This document shows, piece after piece, positions 1 to 10,594 of a stretch of 64,000 nucleotides of DNA. Under the pieces are notes generated by a model. That model made no database searches. It had not been told where the DNA came from and worked only from the letters and a program-made list of their open reading frames with translations. Every line of letters begins with the position of its first letter. Positions within the stretch are counted from its first letter, which is position 1. Position numbers and translations under genes: made by a program. This stretch comes from Cetorhinus maximus (lineage: Eukaryota), in assembly GCF_964194155.1 (NCBI RefSeq), contig NW_027596908.1:62001-126000 (forward strand). Reading direction: 5' to 3'.

Positions 1-400
1 TTCTTACCCCTAAATACCCCATCTGCATCCCCCTCTCCATCTACTCCCGCTCTACACCCTATATAACCCCCCCCCTCCCCACCCCCCCCTCTCCCCCCCC
101 TCCTCCACTCCCCCCCCTCCTCCGCTCCCCCCTCCTCGCCTCCCCCCCCCTCCTCCACTCCCCCCCCTCCTCCACTCCCCCCCCCCTCCACTCCCTCCCC
201 CTCCTCCACTCCCTCCCCCTCCTCCACTCCCCCCCCCTCCTCCACTCCCTCCCCCTCCTCCACTCCCTCCCCCTCCTCCACTCCCTCCTCTACACCCCCC
301 ATACTCCTATTTACCCTTCTCTATTCCCTCTACACCCCACTCCATTCCGCCTCTCTCCCCTATTTACCCCTCTACACCCGTCCCCTCCCCCCTATTTACC
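1..400. repeat. C-rich low-complexity / (CCTCCACTCCC)-like degenerate tandem repeat
   Basis: Repeated ctcctccactccc units; almost no G on the + strand. Confidence 0.85.
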
Positions 401-404
401 CCTC

Positions 405-603
405 TGTTTTTCCCGCCGGATTTTTCCTGGCTGCGCTTCGTTACGCAGTGACGTCAGGCGCATCGTCCTCCCGCGTGACCTTATGGGTCCGGTGCTGCGC
501 ACGCGCGGCTCTCCGGAGGGCCTCAACCCCCGCGCCTGCGCACATTTCAAATTCAAATCAGCCGCGAGACCAACGGAAAAAAAACCGTCTGGAGAAGGAG
601 CAG
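405..603 (+). promoter_or_regulatory. CpG-rich promoter-like segment with candidate first exon
   Basis: High CpG density; E2F-type TTTCCCGC 409-416, CRE TGACGTCA 449-456, NRF1-type TGCGCACGCGCG 496-507, reverse CHR TTCAAA 546-551 and 552-557; possible donor CAG|GTGACC at 603/604. Confidence 0.55.
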
Positions 604-639
604 GTGACCGGGCATCAACCCCACCCCCAACCCTCCCTA

Positions 640-1665
640 AATAATTATCCCTTAAATAATAATAATAATAAAAACAATCCCTTAAATAATAACAACCCCG
701 TAACTAATAATAATAACCCTTAAATAATAATAACCCCTTAACTAATAATAATAACCCTTAAATAATAATAACCCCTTAAATAATAATAATAACCCCTTAA
801 ATAATAATAATAATCCCTTAAATAATAATAACCCTTAAATAATAAAACCCCTTAAACAATAATAATAATCCCTTAAATAATAATAACCCCTTAACTAATA
901 ATAATAACCCTTAAATAATAATAACCCCTTAAATAATAATAATCCCTTAAATAATAATAACCCCTTAACTAATAATAATAATCCCTTAAATAATAAAACC
1001 CCTTAAATAATAAAACCCCTTAACTAATAATAATAATCCCTTAAATAATAAAACCCCTTAAATAATAATAACCCCTTAACTAATAATAATAATCCCTTAA
1101 ATAATAAAACCCCTTAAACAATAATAATAATCCCTTAAATAATAATAACCCCTTAAACAATAATAATAACCCCTTAACTAATAATAATAATCCCTTAAAT
1201 AATAATAATCCCTTAACTAATAATAATAATCCCTTAAATAATAATAACCCCTTAACTAATAATAATAATCCCTTAAATAATAAAACCCCTTAAACAATAA
1301 TAATAACCCCTTAACTAATAATAATAATCCCTTAAACAATAATAATAATCCCTTAAATAATAATAACCCCTTAAACAATAATAATAACCCCTTAACTAAT
1401 AATAATAATCCCTTAAATAATAATAATAATCCCTTAACTAATAATAATAATCCCTTAAATAATAATAACCCCTTAAACAATAATAATAACCCCTTAACTA
1501 ATAATAATCCCTTAAATAATAATAATAATCCCTTAAATAATAATAATAATCCCTTAACTAATAATAACCCCTTAAATAATAATAACCCCTTAAATAATAA
1601 TAACCCTTAAACAATAATAATAAACCTTTAACTAATAATAATAACCCCTTAAATAATAATAATAA
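640..1665. repeat. AT-rich minisatellite (AATAATAATAACCCCTTAA-like, ~19-22 bp unit)
   Basis: Direct tandem repeats; mirrored at 37722-37995. Confidence 0.95.
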
Positions 1666-1666
1666 T

Positions 1667-1735
1667 CTGAGTATCGCTGACAAAAGCGACATGTGGAAGT
1701 TTTCATCTTGCACTCATCAGGACACTTCACAAGAA
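1667..1735 (-). mobile_element. Penelope-type pLTR fragment with degenerate minimal hammerhead ribozyme
   Basis: Minus strand reads tgtc-CTGATGA-gtgcaagat-GAAA-acttc-caca (CTGATGA 1720-1714, GAAA 1704-1701); homologous to 37653-37721 and 26571-26632. Confidence 0.6.
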
Positions 1736-1968
1736 CCCCTCAAAAAGTAATTCCTTAACTCCTTCCCGAACTAACCCCTTAACAAATAATAATCCCTTAA
1801 TCCCCAAGAAACCCTTAATCCTAACAAATAACCCCCTCAAATAATAACCCCTTGACAAATAATAATCCTTTAACCCTAACAAGTGACCCCTTGAGAACTC
1901 TCCCCTTAACCCGAGCAACTAACCCAGTAGTGTAGTGCTGCCGGGGCACACCGGAGCGTCTCTCCATT

Positions 1969-2139
1969 ACCTTCTATTTAAAGGCTTTAATATTCACCGC
2001 TGGGTCCCAGTCACCAGCTCGTCGCCTTCATCTGCCCAATCGGCTCTGATATTTTTCAATGAAGCGCCACTTTTCCATTTACGCACCATCGGCCCTTCAG
2101 TCTGGAAACTGAAGCTAATGACCTAGGAGACAAGGCGGG
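1969..2139 (+). promoter_or_regulatory. TATA-like 37-bp motif followed by candidate non-coding exon
   Basis: accttcTATTTAAAggctttaatattcaccgctgggt at 1969-2005, also at 30716-30752(-) and 37384-37420(-); donor GG|GTGAGT at 2139/2140. Confidence 0.35.
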
Positions 2140-3154
2140 GTGAGTGAGAGGGGAATCAGTAAGTTAGCGGCTAGTCAGCATGTCAGCCGCTATGTTCCAC
2201 AGATTTTACCCGCGTCACCTCGCCCCACCAAAGTTAACCAGGCTCAGCACTTTAAAAGCCTTTCCAGCTGGCAGGGATTTCATTGTAAGATAACCAAGAG
2301 TTCCCAGCAGCATGGGACAACCCAAAGCAGCTTTTGTCCAGGCACATGGGCTGTGTTCTGATTGTGATGGCGGAGGGTCGTCAGATCCCGCATGAGGGTG
2401 AGTGTCATCTCCACCGTCAACCGTGTAACATTATCTCTACTTTCACAGGAAGATTCAGCCTGGTTTGGGTGGCTGGGACTAAGGGGAAGACATCGGGGCG
2501 CAATTTTCCCAGCCCGCTGGTGGCGGGCGTGACAGGTGAGCATGCGCGGAAAATATGGCGGGGCCGGCTTCACGACGGCGCCAAGGCAGCTCGCGATTGT
2601 CCGCTCAGCCCGCCAGCGGCGGGCCGCGTTCCCCGCCATCGGTCGGCGGGGAGCTCATTGTAATAGCATCTCATTTAAATGGCCACCTCGCCAGGCGCTG
2701 AACTCCCCGCCCGCCCCGCCCCGGATCGTCAGCCCACGTCGGCGGAATAGCACGTCGACGTGTTTCACAACGGGACGCAGGCAACGTGCACTTGGCGGCC
2801 TTCACTCTGGGGGAACTGAGGTGAGTGGACAGCAGTGTTCACTGCAGCTCTCCAGGGTCGCCCGCAGGCTTCAGGGGCACCGGCGGGGGGGCCTGGGTGA
2901 AGTGCTGCCCGGCCTCGGAGGTGACTGTACTCAGGGTGCGGGTATCAAGGGCAACTGCTGCCCTGGGCTGCATCCCACGCACAAGCAATCGAGGTGGATG
3001 GCAGGGTAGGCGAGGGAAGTGGCCACGCAGCAGGGACGCTCATACAAACTGACCATCCCTCTGCATCGGCCTCAGTGATACGACTGGGGTCGGGCTGCTA
3101 GCATTGCCACTACACCCCCCAGATCTTACACCCCACCGCCCCGGCACAGACTAT

Positions 3155-3840
3155 GGGTTGAAATTTCCCCCTGTCGGGGGGGATGTTGATGTGCAGGGGC
3201 ACACAGGCGTGCTTCCGATCGGCGCCCCCGATCGGAGGCACGGCGCCATTTTACGTGGGCGGGCCAATTCAGGCCCGCTCAGCGTGACGTCCACACGGAA
3301 GTGCCATACGCTCCTGTGAGGGCGGGGTGGGGGGGTTGAATCCCAAAATCAAGAGTGCGCTCTGCGCGCATGCGCGACAGAGCGCACTCATCTCCCTGAG
3401 GCTAAGTCCAGCCTCAGGCTCCAGATGTTAAAAACCTAAAATTAGAAATGTAAAATTTCCCTAAAATGTCACATGAGTTGAGAAATGTCCATAATTTTCA
3501 CAAAAAACTTTATTAAACTTTTTAAAAGTTACATGAAAACTCATCCCGCCCGTGGATGAGGTTTCATGTTTTTCTAGTTCTCGCCGGGGCTCCTGGCCTG
3601 CCCGCTGACTTTAAGGTTGGATGGGCAGGTCCTTTAATTACAGAATTGAGTCTGTCAATGGCCTCAATTGGCCGTTGGACAGGTCGGTGGGCGCACAGCT
3701 GATTTTGCTGCGCCCCCGCCTTCCTGAAAATTTAAACGGGACGCGGTGACGTCAGGAGCTACCCCCGGCGTCACCACGCATCATTTTACATGTCAGCGAG
3801 CGGGCCCCTCCTCTGCTCACCAACGTGTAAAATCCTACCC
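3155..3840. mobile_element. Harbinger-type MITE nested in the left-arm Harbinger element
   Basis: Imperfect TIRs GGGTTGAAATTT...AAAATCCTACCC; 3-bp TSD TAT at 3152-3154 and 3841-3843; empty site in right arm near 34900. Confidence 0.85.
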
Positions 3841-4335
3841 TATGAGTCCGCTCCCACGTTACTGGACCGTGGAGCAGTTGGATTGCACAGGTTGTACGGT
3901 CTCCTCGCCAACACTGGTCATGTAGCAGTCACTGCTGGAGGCACTCACAGCCCTTTGCAATCTCAGCATCCCAGTGTGGACCAGTGCCCCCCATGTCGCA
4001 GGTCAACAGGGCAGCCATGCAGCGCACTCATCTCTGGCCATCCGAGGGGTGACCAGCACTCTCCGGGAAGCATTAAGGGGCAGTCACACTGGGCCAGGAA
4101 AGGTGCTAAGTACAGCCATGATAAGCACATCCCTCTCTCTCATTCATGCTGCAGGAGGACCACGTCAGGATCACGGATCTTGGTGACCTAGCTGTGTGCC
4201 TGATGGCCGACAGAGACCATAGAAGATTGAGGAGAGAGACTGAGGCTCCTGGCTGCGCAAAGGTAGGAGCAGTGACCTCATGAAGAAGGGGCAGCAGGGG
4301 CTCCCACACACACTGCCCAGGAGTGACAGCGAGTT

Positions 4336-5172
4336 GTGGCTGCTCGGCGCCTAGTTACACCCAGGGTCTATAGATGCCGCCTGCCATTCCTGCAGATGAC
4401 TGAGAACCAGTGTCGCCGATCACTGCACATGTCTAGGGACCTGGTCGCTCACATCTGCCACTTGCTGCAGGTCTTGGCACCATCGCAAGCCTCCAGCCAC
4501 AAATGCATCCATGAGGTCACGGATGCCATCTTCTCGAGGGCACACAACTTTGTGCATTTCGCCTGGGACCGGGACAGCCAGAATGCAAGGGCCATTGGAT
4601 TCGCCCTGATCTCGGGATTCCCACAGGTTCAGGGTGTGATCGACTGCATCCATGTGGTGCTCAGGTCTCCGTCGCTACACATGTTGGACTACATCAACCG
4701 CAAGGGCTTCCATTCACTGAATGTGCAGCTGGTGTGCGAGCACCAGAAACGCATCCTACAGGTGTGCGCTCAGTTTCCAGGGAGTGTGCACGATGCCTAC
4801 ATCCTGAGTCACTCGCACATCCTTACAGTCTTCCCGGATCCACAGAGGCTACAGAGATGGCTCCTCAGGGACAAGGGCTACCCGCACGGGCGGTGGCTGA
4901 TGACACCCGTGCTGCAGCTGAAGAGGGTATCACGCATCATCATTGTCCACTACACCTTTTACAACCTGGCGCTGCAAGGGGGAGACGAGCTGGCTGAGGA
5001 GGAGCTGGAGGTCTCCTCGGATGAGGACAACGGCAGCGGGGATGGAGGTGAGGAGGTCCTCGGTGGTGATGATGACGGGGATGAGGCTCTCGCACTGGCT
5101 AGACGAGGCAGATGCTCGGGAGGTCCTCATAGCTGCCAGATTTGTAGAGGATGCAGTGAGGTGTACCCGTAG
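4336..5172 (+). pseudogene. Harbinger (HARBI1-like, DDE_Tnp_4) transposase pseudogene
   Basis: Motifs GFPQVQGVIDCIH, YINRKGFHSLNVQLVC, FPGSVHDAYIL, LRDKGYP, WLMTP; HTH segment and catalytic Glu region deleted. Confidence 0.85.
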
Positions 5173-6669
5173 ATCCTCACATCACAGTGTGAATGTTTGA
5201 CTCCGGTCTGGCTTATGGCAGCGCCAATACCCTCTGTGAGAATGCTCCTGTCATGGAGATGTAGTGGAGGCCCTAATAGTCGCTCGATCGCAGGAGGATG
5301 ATGACAACATGCAGTGAGGGCACTTCATGACTCTTCACGTAGCCTCTGTGAATGTCTGACTCCTGTCTGGCCGAGGGCAGCTCACTTGCGCTCCATGAAT
5401 CAGGCCCATCTCAAAGACGCAGCCATGAAACTTGAGACGCATTCGATGCTGTGTCTGCCTTCAGTACCTCGGCCCTTCATGAACTGGTGCACAGCATCAA
5501 TGGTCGCAGACACTGGTGCGATGGGGGCCAGCCCCTCCTTAAAGGTGCTGCGAGAACACAGAGAGAAAAGACGGAACTCTGTGGCGCCTGCCCACTGCAT
5601 TCTGGCAGCAATGACCAGCACCATTGAGGGGCAGGCATCAGTAATGTCTCCACGGAGTGTGAGGCTGGACCATCACTGTGGTCTGAAGGCTGCAGAGCAC
5701 AGGGAAGAGGCCCTGGACTGAGACACCTGCCTTTTATCTTGTGTGGAAAGGTTTCACATCCGAGTGACAAGAACACTGCTCATCAGAACAAGGAGCCTCA
5801 GGCAGGGAGACATTCTTAGGGGTTTATTGACAATATTGAACAGTATGTACAAGTGATCAACACCTGTGCCCAGGCTGTGCAACCACTTTTCCTTAACTGT
5901 CCAAACCTTGCTGCTAGGTCTTGGTCCTCCCCGGAACTCCACAGCGGAGGTGGAGGCAGCCTGCTGACTGTGACACCCTGTCTGTGATGACTTTGGCGGC
6001 CTCCCTGTGGAGAGCTGAGACTTGAAGGACCCCGGCCTGCTTTCGGGGTCCTGCTGTGTGGCAGTGGCATCCTCCTCAGCCTGTGGAGCTGGAGCTGTGG
6101 AGGTCACAGGAAGAGGGGACTCGAATGGGTTGGTCACTGAAGAGTGGTGTCCCTGGAGTGTGCACCTGCTGATCCTCCTTCCTATGGGTGCCCGAGGGCC
6201 CCTGGCTGACTCCATGAGGGGAAGGGGTAGCTGGAGTGAGATCGAGCTGCCCAGCACAGCTCTTGCGTACACGCTGTTGGAGGCCAACTATCGTGTCAGC
6301 AATAGAGTTAAGCCCGCACAGCAGTGCAGGAGCGACGTCCTGGACCAAGGTCTCCATGGCGGCCACCATCCTGCCAGTACTGACCTTGGTGCGTTGCAAT
6401 GCCGGCGCTATCACCTCAGACTGAAGACGGACGGGCTCCTCCATTGTGCCTTGCAATCTGAGGAGTGCAGCGGACATCCCTTCCTGATGTTCCCAAGTTT
6501 GTCTTTGCAGCTCCAGCAACTGTGACATGACCGAGTCCAGAGGCTCCTCATCTGACTCGGACTCAGGAATGTTCTGGCCTCCAGCACCTCCTCCGAGTGC
6601 CGGGGACCTGGTAAGTCCCTGCTTCCACCTGCTGTTGATCAGACTGTGCACTGTGCTCACCATGTGGAG

Positions 6670-7200
6670 TGTATTCACACCTGGAGCACTGTGGACAGTT
6701 CTGGTCTCCTTACTTAAGGAGGGATAGACTTGCATTGGAGACAGTTCAGAGAAGGTTCACTCGGCTGGTTCCTGGGATGAAGGGGGTTTGCCTTATGAGG
6801 TAAGGTTGAGCAGGTTGGGCCTGTGTCCATTGGAGTTTAGAAGAATGAGAGGCGATCTTATTGAAACATATCAGATTCTGAGGGGGCTGGACAGGGTGGG
6901 TGCGGAGAGGACGTTTCCCCTCATGGGGGAATCTAGAACGAGGGAGCACAGTTTCAGAATAAGGTGTCCCCCATTTCAGACTGAGACGAGTAGGAATTTC
7001 TACTCTCAGAGGGCCCTTACACTGTGGAATCCGCTACCCCAGGGAGCAGTGGATGCTGCGTTAGTCAGATATTTGATCTACAAGGGAGTCCAGGGTTATG
7101 GGGCCAGGCAGAAAAGTGGAGTTAAGGCCACAATCAGATCAGCCATGATCTTATTAAATGGGGGAGCAGGCACGAGGGGCTGAATGACTTCACGCTTCTC
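6670..7200 (+). mobile_element. CR1-type LINE 3' fragment
   Basis: YEVRLSRLGL-PLEFRRMRGDLIETYQILRGLDRV...ESRTR-H...LWNPLPQ, typical CR1 ORF2 C-terminus. Confidence 0.85.
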
Positions 7201-7369
7201 CTATTTCTTCTAATGTACTTGTATGTGGACTGTAGCTGGAAGTTTAAGGCTCTAGATTTAGGGTAAACAATCTAAAGGCTCATGGGTCCAAACCTCACGA
7301 CTGCTAGTATTTGTGGTGCTGTGATCTCCTTTTGGGTATGGACTCAATGGGCTGTTGGAAGGTATATGC

Positions 7370-8900
7370 TGAGGAAGCGCCGCACTGTCGGAGGGTCAGT
7401 GCTGAGGGAGCGCTGCACTGTCGGAGGGTCAGTACTGAGGGAGCGCTGCACTGTCGGAGGGTCAGTGCTAAGGGAGTGCCGCACTGTCGGAGGGTCAGTA
7501 CTGAGGGAGCGCCGCACTGTCGGAGGGTCAGTGTTGATGGAGCGCCGCACTGTCGGAGGGTCAGTGTTGATGGAGCGCCGCACTGTCGGAGGATCAGTAC
7601 TGAGGGAGCGCCGCACTGTCGGAGGGTCAGTGCTGAGGGAATACTGCACTGTTGGAGGGTCAGTGTTGAGGGAGTGCTGCACTGTCGGAGGGTCACTGTT
7701 GAGGGAGTGCTGTAGTGTCGGAGGGTCAGTGCTGAGGGAGCGCCGCACTGTCGGAGGGTCAGTGTTGAGGGAGTGCCGCACTGTTGGAGGGTCACTGTTG
7801 AGGGAGCACCGCACTGTCAGAGGGTCAGTGTTGAGGGAGCTCCGCATATCGGATGGTCTGTGCTGCGGTACCACCGCCCTGTTGGAAGGTCAGTACTGAG
7901 GGAGTGCTGCACTGTCGAAGGGTCAATGTTGAGAGAGTGCAGCACTGTCGGAGGGTCAGTGTTGAGGGAGTGCCGCACTGTCGGAGGGTCAGTGCTGAGG
8001 GAGCGCCGCACTGTCGGAGGGTCAGTGCTGAGGGAATACTGCACTGTTGGAGGGTCAGTGCTGAGGGAGTGCTGCACTGTCGGAGGGTCACTGTTGAGGG
8101 AGTGCTGTAGTGTCGGAGGGTCAGTGCTGAGGGAGCACCGCACTGTCGGAGGGTCAGTGTTGAGGGAGTGCCGCACTGTTGGAGGGTCACTGTTGAGGGA
8201 GCACCGCACTGTTGGAGGGTCACTGTTGAGGGAGCACCGCACTGTCAGAGGGTCAGTGTTGAGGGAGCTCCGCATATCGGATGGTCTGTGCTGCGGTACC
8301 ACCGCCCTGTTGGAGGGTCAGTACTGAGGGAGTGCTGCACTGTCGAAGGGTCAATGTTGAGAGAGTGCAGCACTGTCGGAGGGTCAGTGTTGAGGGAGTG
8401 CCGCACTGTCGGAGGGTCAGTGCAGAAGCAGTGCCGCACTGTCGGAGGGTCAGTGCTGAGGCAGTGCCGCACTGTCGGAGGGTCAGTGCTGAGGCAGTGC
8501 CGCACTGTCGGAGGGTCAGTGCTGAGGCAGTGCCGCACTGTCGGAGGGTCAGTGCTGAGGCAGTGCCGCACTGTCGGAGGGTCAGTGCTGAGGCAGTGCC
8601 GCACTGTCGGAGGGTCAGTGCTGAGGCAGTGCCGCACTGTCGGAGGGTCAGTGTTGAGGGAGTGCTGCACTGTCAGAGGGTCAGTACTGAGGGAGCGCTG
8701 CACTGTCGGAGGGTCAGTGTTGAGGGAGTGCCGCACTGTCAGTGGGTCAGTACTGAGGGAGTGCTGCACTGTCAGAGGGTCAGCACTGAGGGAGCGCTGC
8801 ACTGTCGGAGGGTCAGTGTTGAGGGAGTGCTGCACTGTCGGAGGGTCAGTGTTGAGGGAGTGCCGCACTGTCGGAGGTTCAGTGTTGAGGGAGTGCCGCA
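7370..8900. repeat. 33-bp minisatellite (gcactgtcggagggtcagtgctgagggagtgcc)
   Basis: 33-bp period; translates to [11 protein letters not shown] repeats; internal 428-bp block duplication (7853 vs 8281). Confidence 0.95.
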
Positions 8901-8949
8901 CTGAGAAAGAAATGCCTCCTTCCATCGATGCACCTCCTTCACACTCAAT

Positions 8950-9094
8950 ATGAGGAACATTGAAAACTGGCTTTTCGAATTGTTTCAGATAACCTTTAAG
9001 GATATAAAAGACGCAACTGATAAAATCAAAGAGATTGATGCCCTGACCAAGAGGATCATTGCTTTGGAAGAACAGGTGGCTAGTCTAAAGAAAT
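8950..9094 (+). CDS. Left-arm C1q-domain gene, coiled-coil exon (acceptor at 8989; in-frame ATG at 8950)
   Basis: TTTCAG|ATAACC acceptor; ITFKDIKDATDKIKEIDALTKRIIALEEQVASLKK; donor T|GTAAGT at 9094, phase 1 matches exon 12351. Use of ATG 8950 (MRNIENWLFELFQ) is inference. Confidence 0.7.
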
Positions 9095-9139
9095 GTAAGT
9101 GAGAACATACTCGATCTGGGCTTTATAATCTTTTTCTCC

Positions 9140-9760
9140 TTCTTAGTCACTTCCTCAGGATCAAGGAATGAATTGCTTTCACTTGAGTTTGGTTGGTTTT
9201 GAGCTGGTGATCTGCAGATTCTGCCCCGTGTGGGGTGGGTGGAGCTTCAAGGGTTGGGTAGATAGGTTGTTTGAGGGTTTGTGCACTCCCTCAGAGGCCT
9301 CGACTTTCGCTCTGCACGTTCCCAATGAAGCTTCTGTGATTGGTGCCTTCCCGAATGAGCTTTCTCCATTTTGGTCAGTCACAAGACAGGGACTCCCATG
9401 AGTCAGCAGGGATGTTTGACCTCTTCAGGGATGCTCTGAGGATAGCCCTCAAAGGTTTCTACTGTGCTCTTGGGAGCCTCCTGTCATGACTGAATTCTGA
9501 GTAAAGCAGTAGAGCTTTGATAGTCTGGTGTCAAGCATACGAACAACACAACCCTTCCAGCGGAGCTGGTCTGAGTGCTTTATCTCAATGGCTTGGGACA
9601 CGATGCTGCTGTTTGACCAGCTTTCTTGTCACCAGATTTGTAGGATCTTACGAAGAAGCAGCTGGTGGTATTTCTCCGCTGCTTTGAGTTGCCTGCTGTA
9701 GATCACCCAAACCTTTGAAGCCTATATGGGGGTCACTGCTGCCCAGTAAAGCACGAACAT
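9140..9760 (-). mobile_element. RTE-clade LINE 3' fragment, decayed
   Basis: Minus strand resembles the RTE C-terminal segment seen more clearly at 28231-28620 (YQAAVIPAL-Y-SEAW--YSRHLK); mirrored at 23215-23830. Confidence 0.6.
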
Positions 9761-9799
9761 AGTTGTCATAACCAATTAACACACGAGCCACAAAGTATC

Positions 9800-10430
9800 A
9801 AACAATGAGCGTCTCCAACAACAGACAATCTAACCATCACCCCTTGACATTCAATGGCATTACCATCACTGAATCCCCCACTATCAACATCCTGGGGGTT
9901 ACCCTTAACCAGAAACTGAACTGGACTAGCCATAGAAATACTGTGGCTACAAGAGCAGGTCAGAGGCTGGGAATCCTGCAATGAATAACTCACCCCCTAA
10001 CTCCCCAAAGCCTGTCCACAATCCACAAGACACAAGTCAGGAGTGCGAAGGAATACTCCCCACTTCCTAGATGAGTGCGGCTCCCACTCAAGAACAACAC
10101 AAGAAGGTCGACACCATCCAGAACAAAGCAGCCTGATTGGCACCACATCCGCAAACATTCACTCCCTCCACCACCGACGCACAGTAGCAGCAGTGTGTGT
10201 ACCATCTACAAGATGCGCTGCAGGAATTCACCAAGGCTGCTTCGACAGCACCTTCCAAACCCATGACCACTACCATCTAAAAGGACAAGGGCAGCACACA
10301 AATGGGAACACCACCACCTGAAAGTTCCCCTCCAAGTCACTCACCATCCTGACTTGGAAATATATCGGCTGTTCCTTCACTGTCGCTGGGCCTGAGGCAA
10401 TTCGAGGTAGATTATAAATGCTGACATTGC
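9800..10430 (+). mobile_element. CR1/L2-superfamily LINE 3' fragment
   Basis: Same family as 61660-62290 ([20 protein letters not shown]; [12 protein letters not shown]). Confidence 0.75.
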
Positions 10431-10594
10431 CAGATAAAGGGCGTCAATCATCATGTAATTTTAGAAGGGAAATGGAAAAACACAAGACACATTAGATTGA
10501 ACATGAGAAATGTGATATATTGTGGGAGGAAGAATGAGGAGAGGTAACTTCAGCTGAATAATGTAATTTTAAACCAAGTGCAAGAACAGCAATC

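Larger units (their letters stand above)
2495..6661 (+). mobile_element. PIF/Harbinger DNA transposon relic, left-arm copy, truncated by deletion
   Basis: Terminus GGGGCGCAATTTTCCCA at 2495; HARBI1-like transposase remnant; matches 32127-35605 inverted; second terminus missing. Confidence 0.85.

Noticed and set aside
640-1665. Telomeric repeat
   Set aside because: Unit is AAT-rich with CCCCTTAA, not tandem CCCTAA
4336-5172. Domesticated HARBI1 gene
   Set aside because: Internal deletions, TIR context and a nested MITE indicate a decayed transposon
7282-8953. Long ORFs with [11 protein letters not shown] repeats (also 24048-24736, 55334-56385, 57592-58466)
   Set aside because: Products of a 33-bp non-coding minisatellite, open in several frames on both strands, with copy number differing between arms
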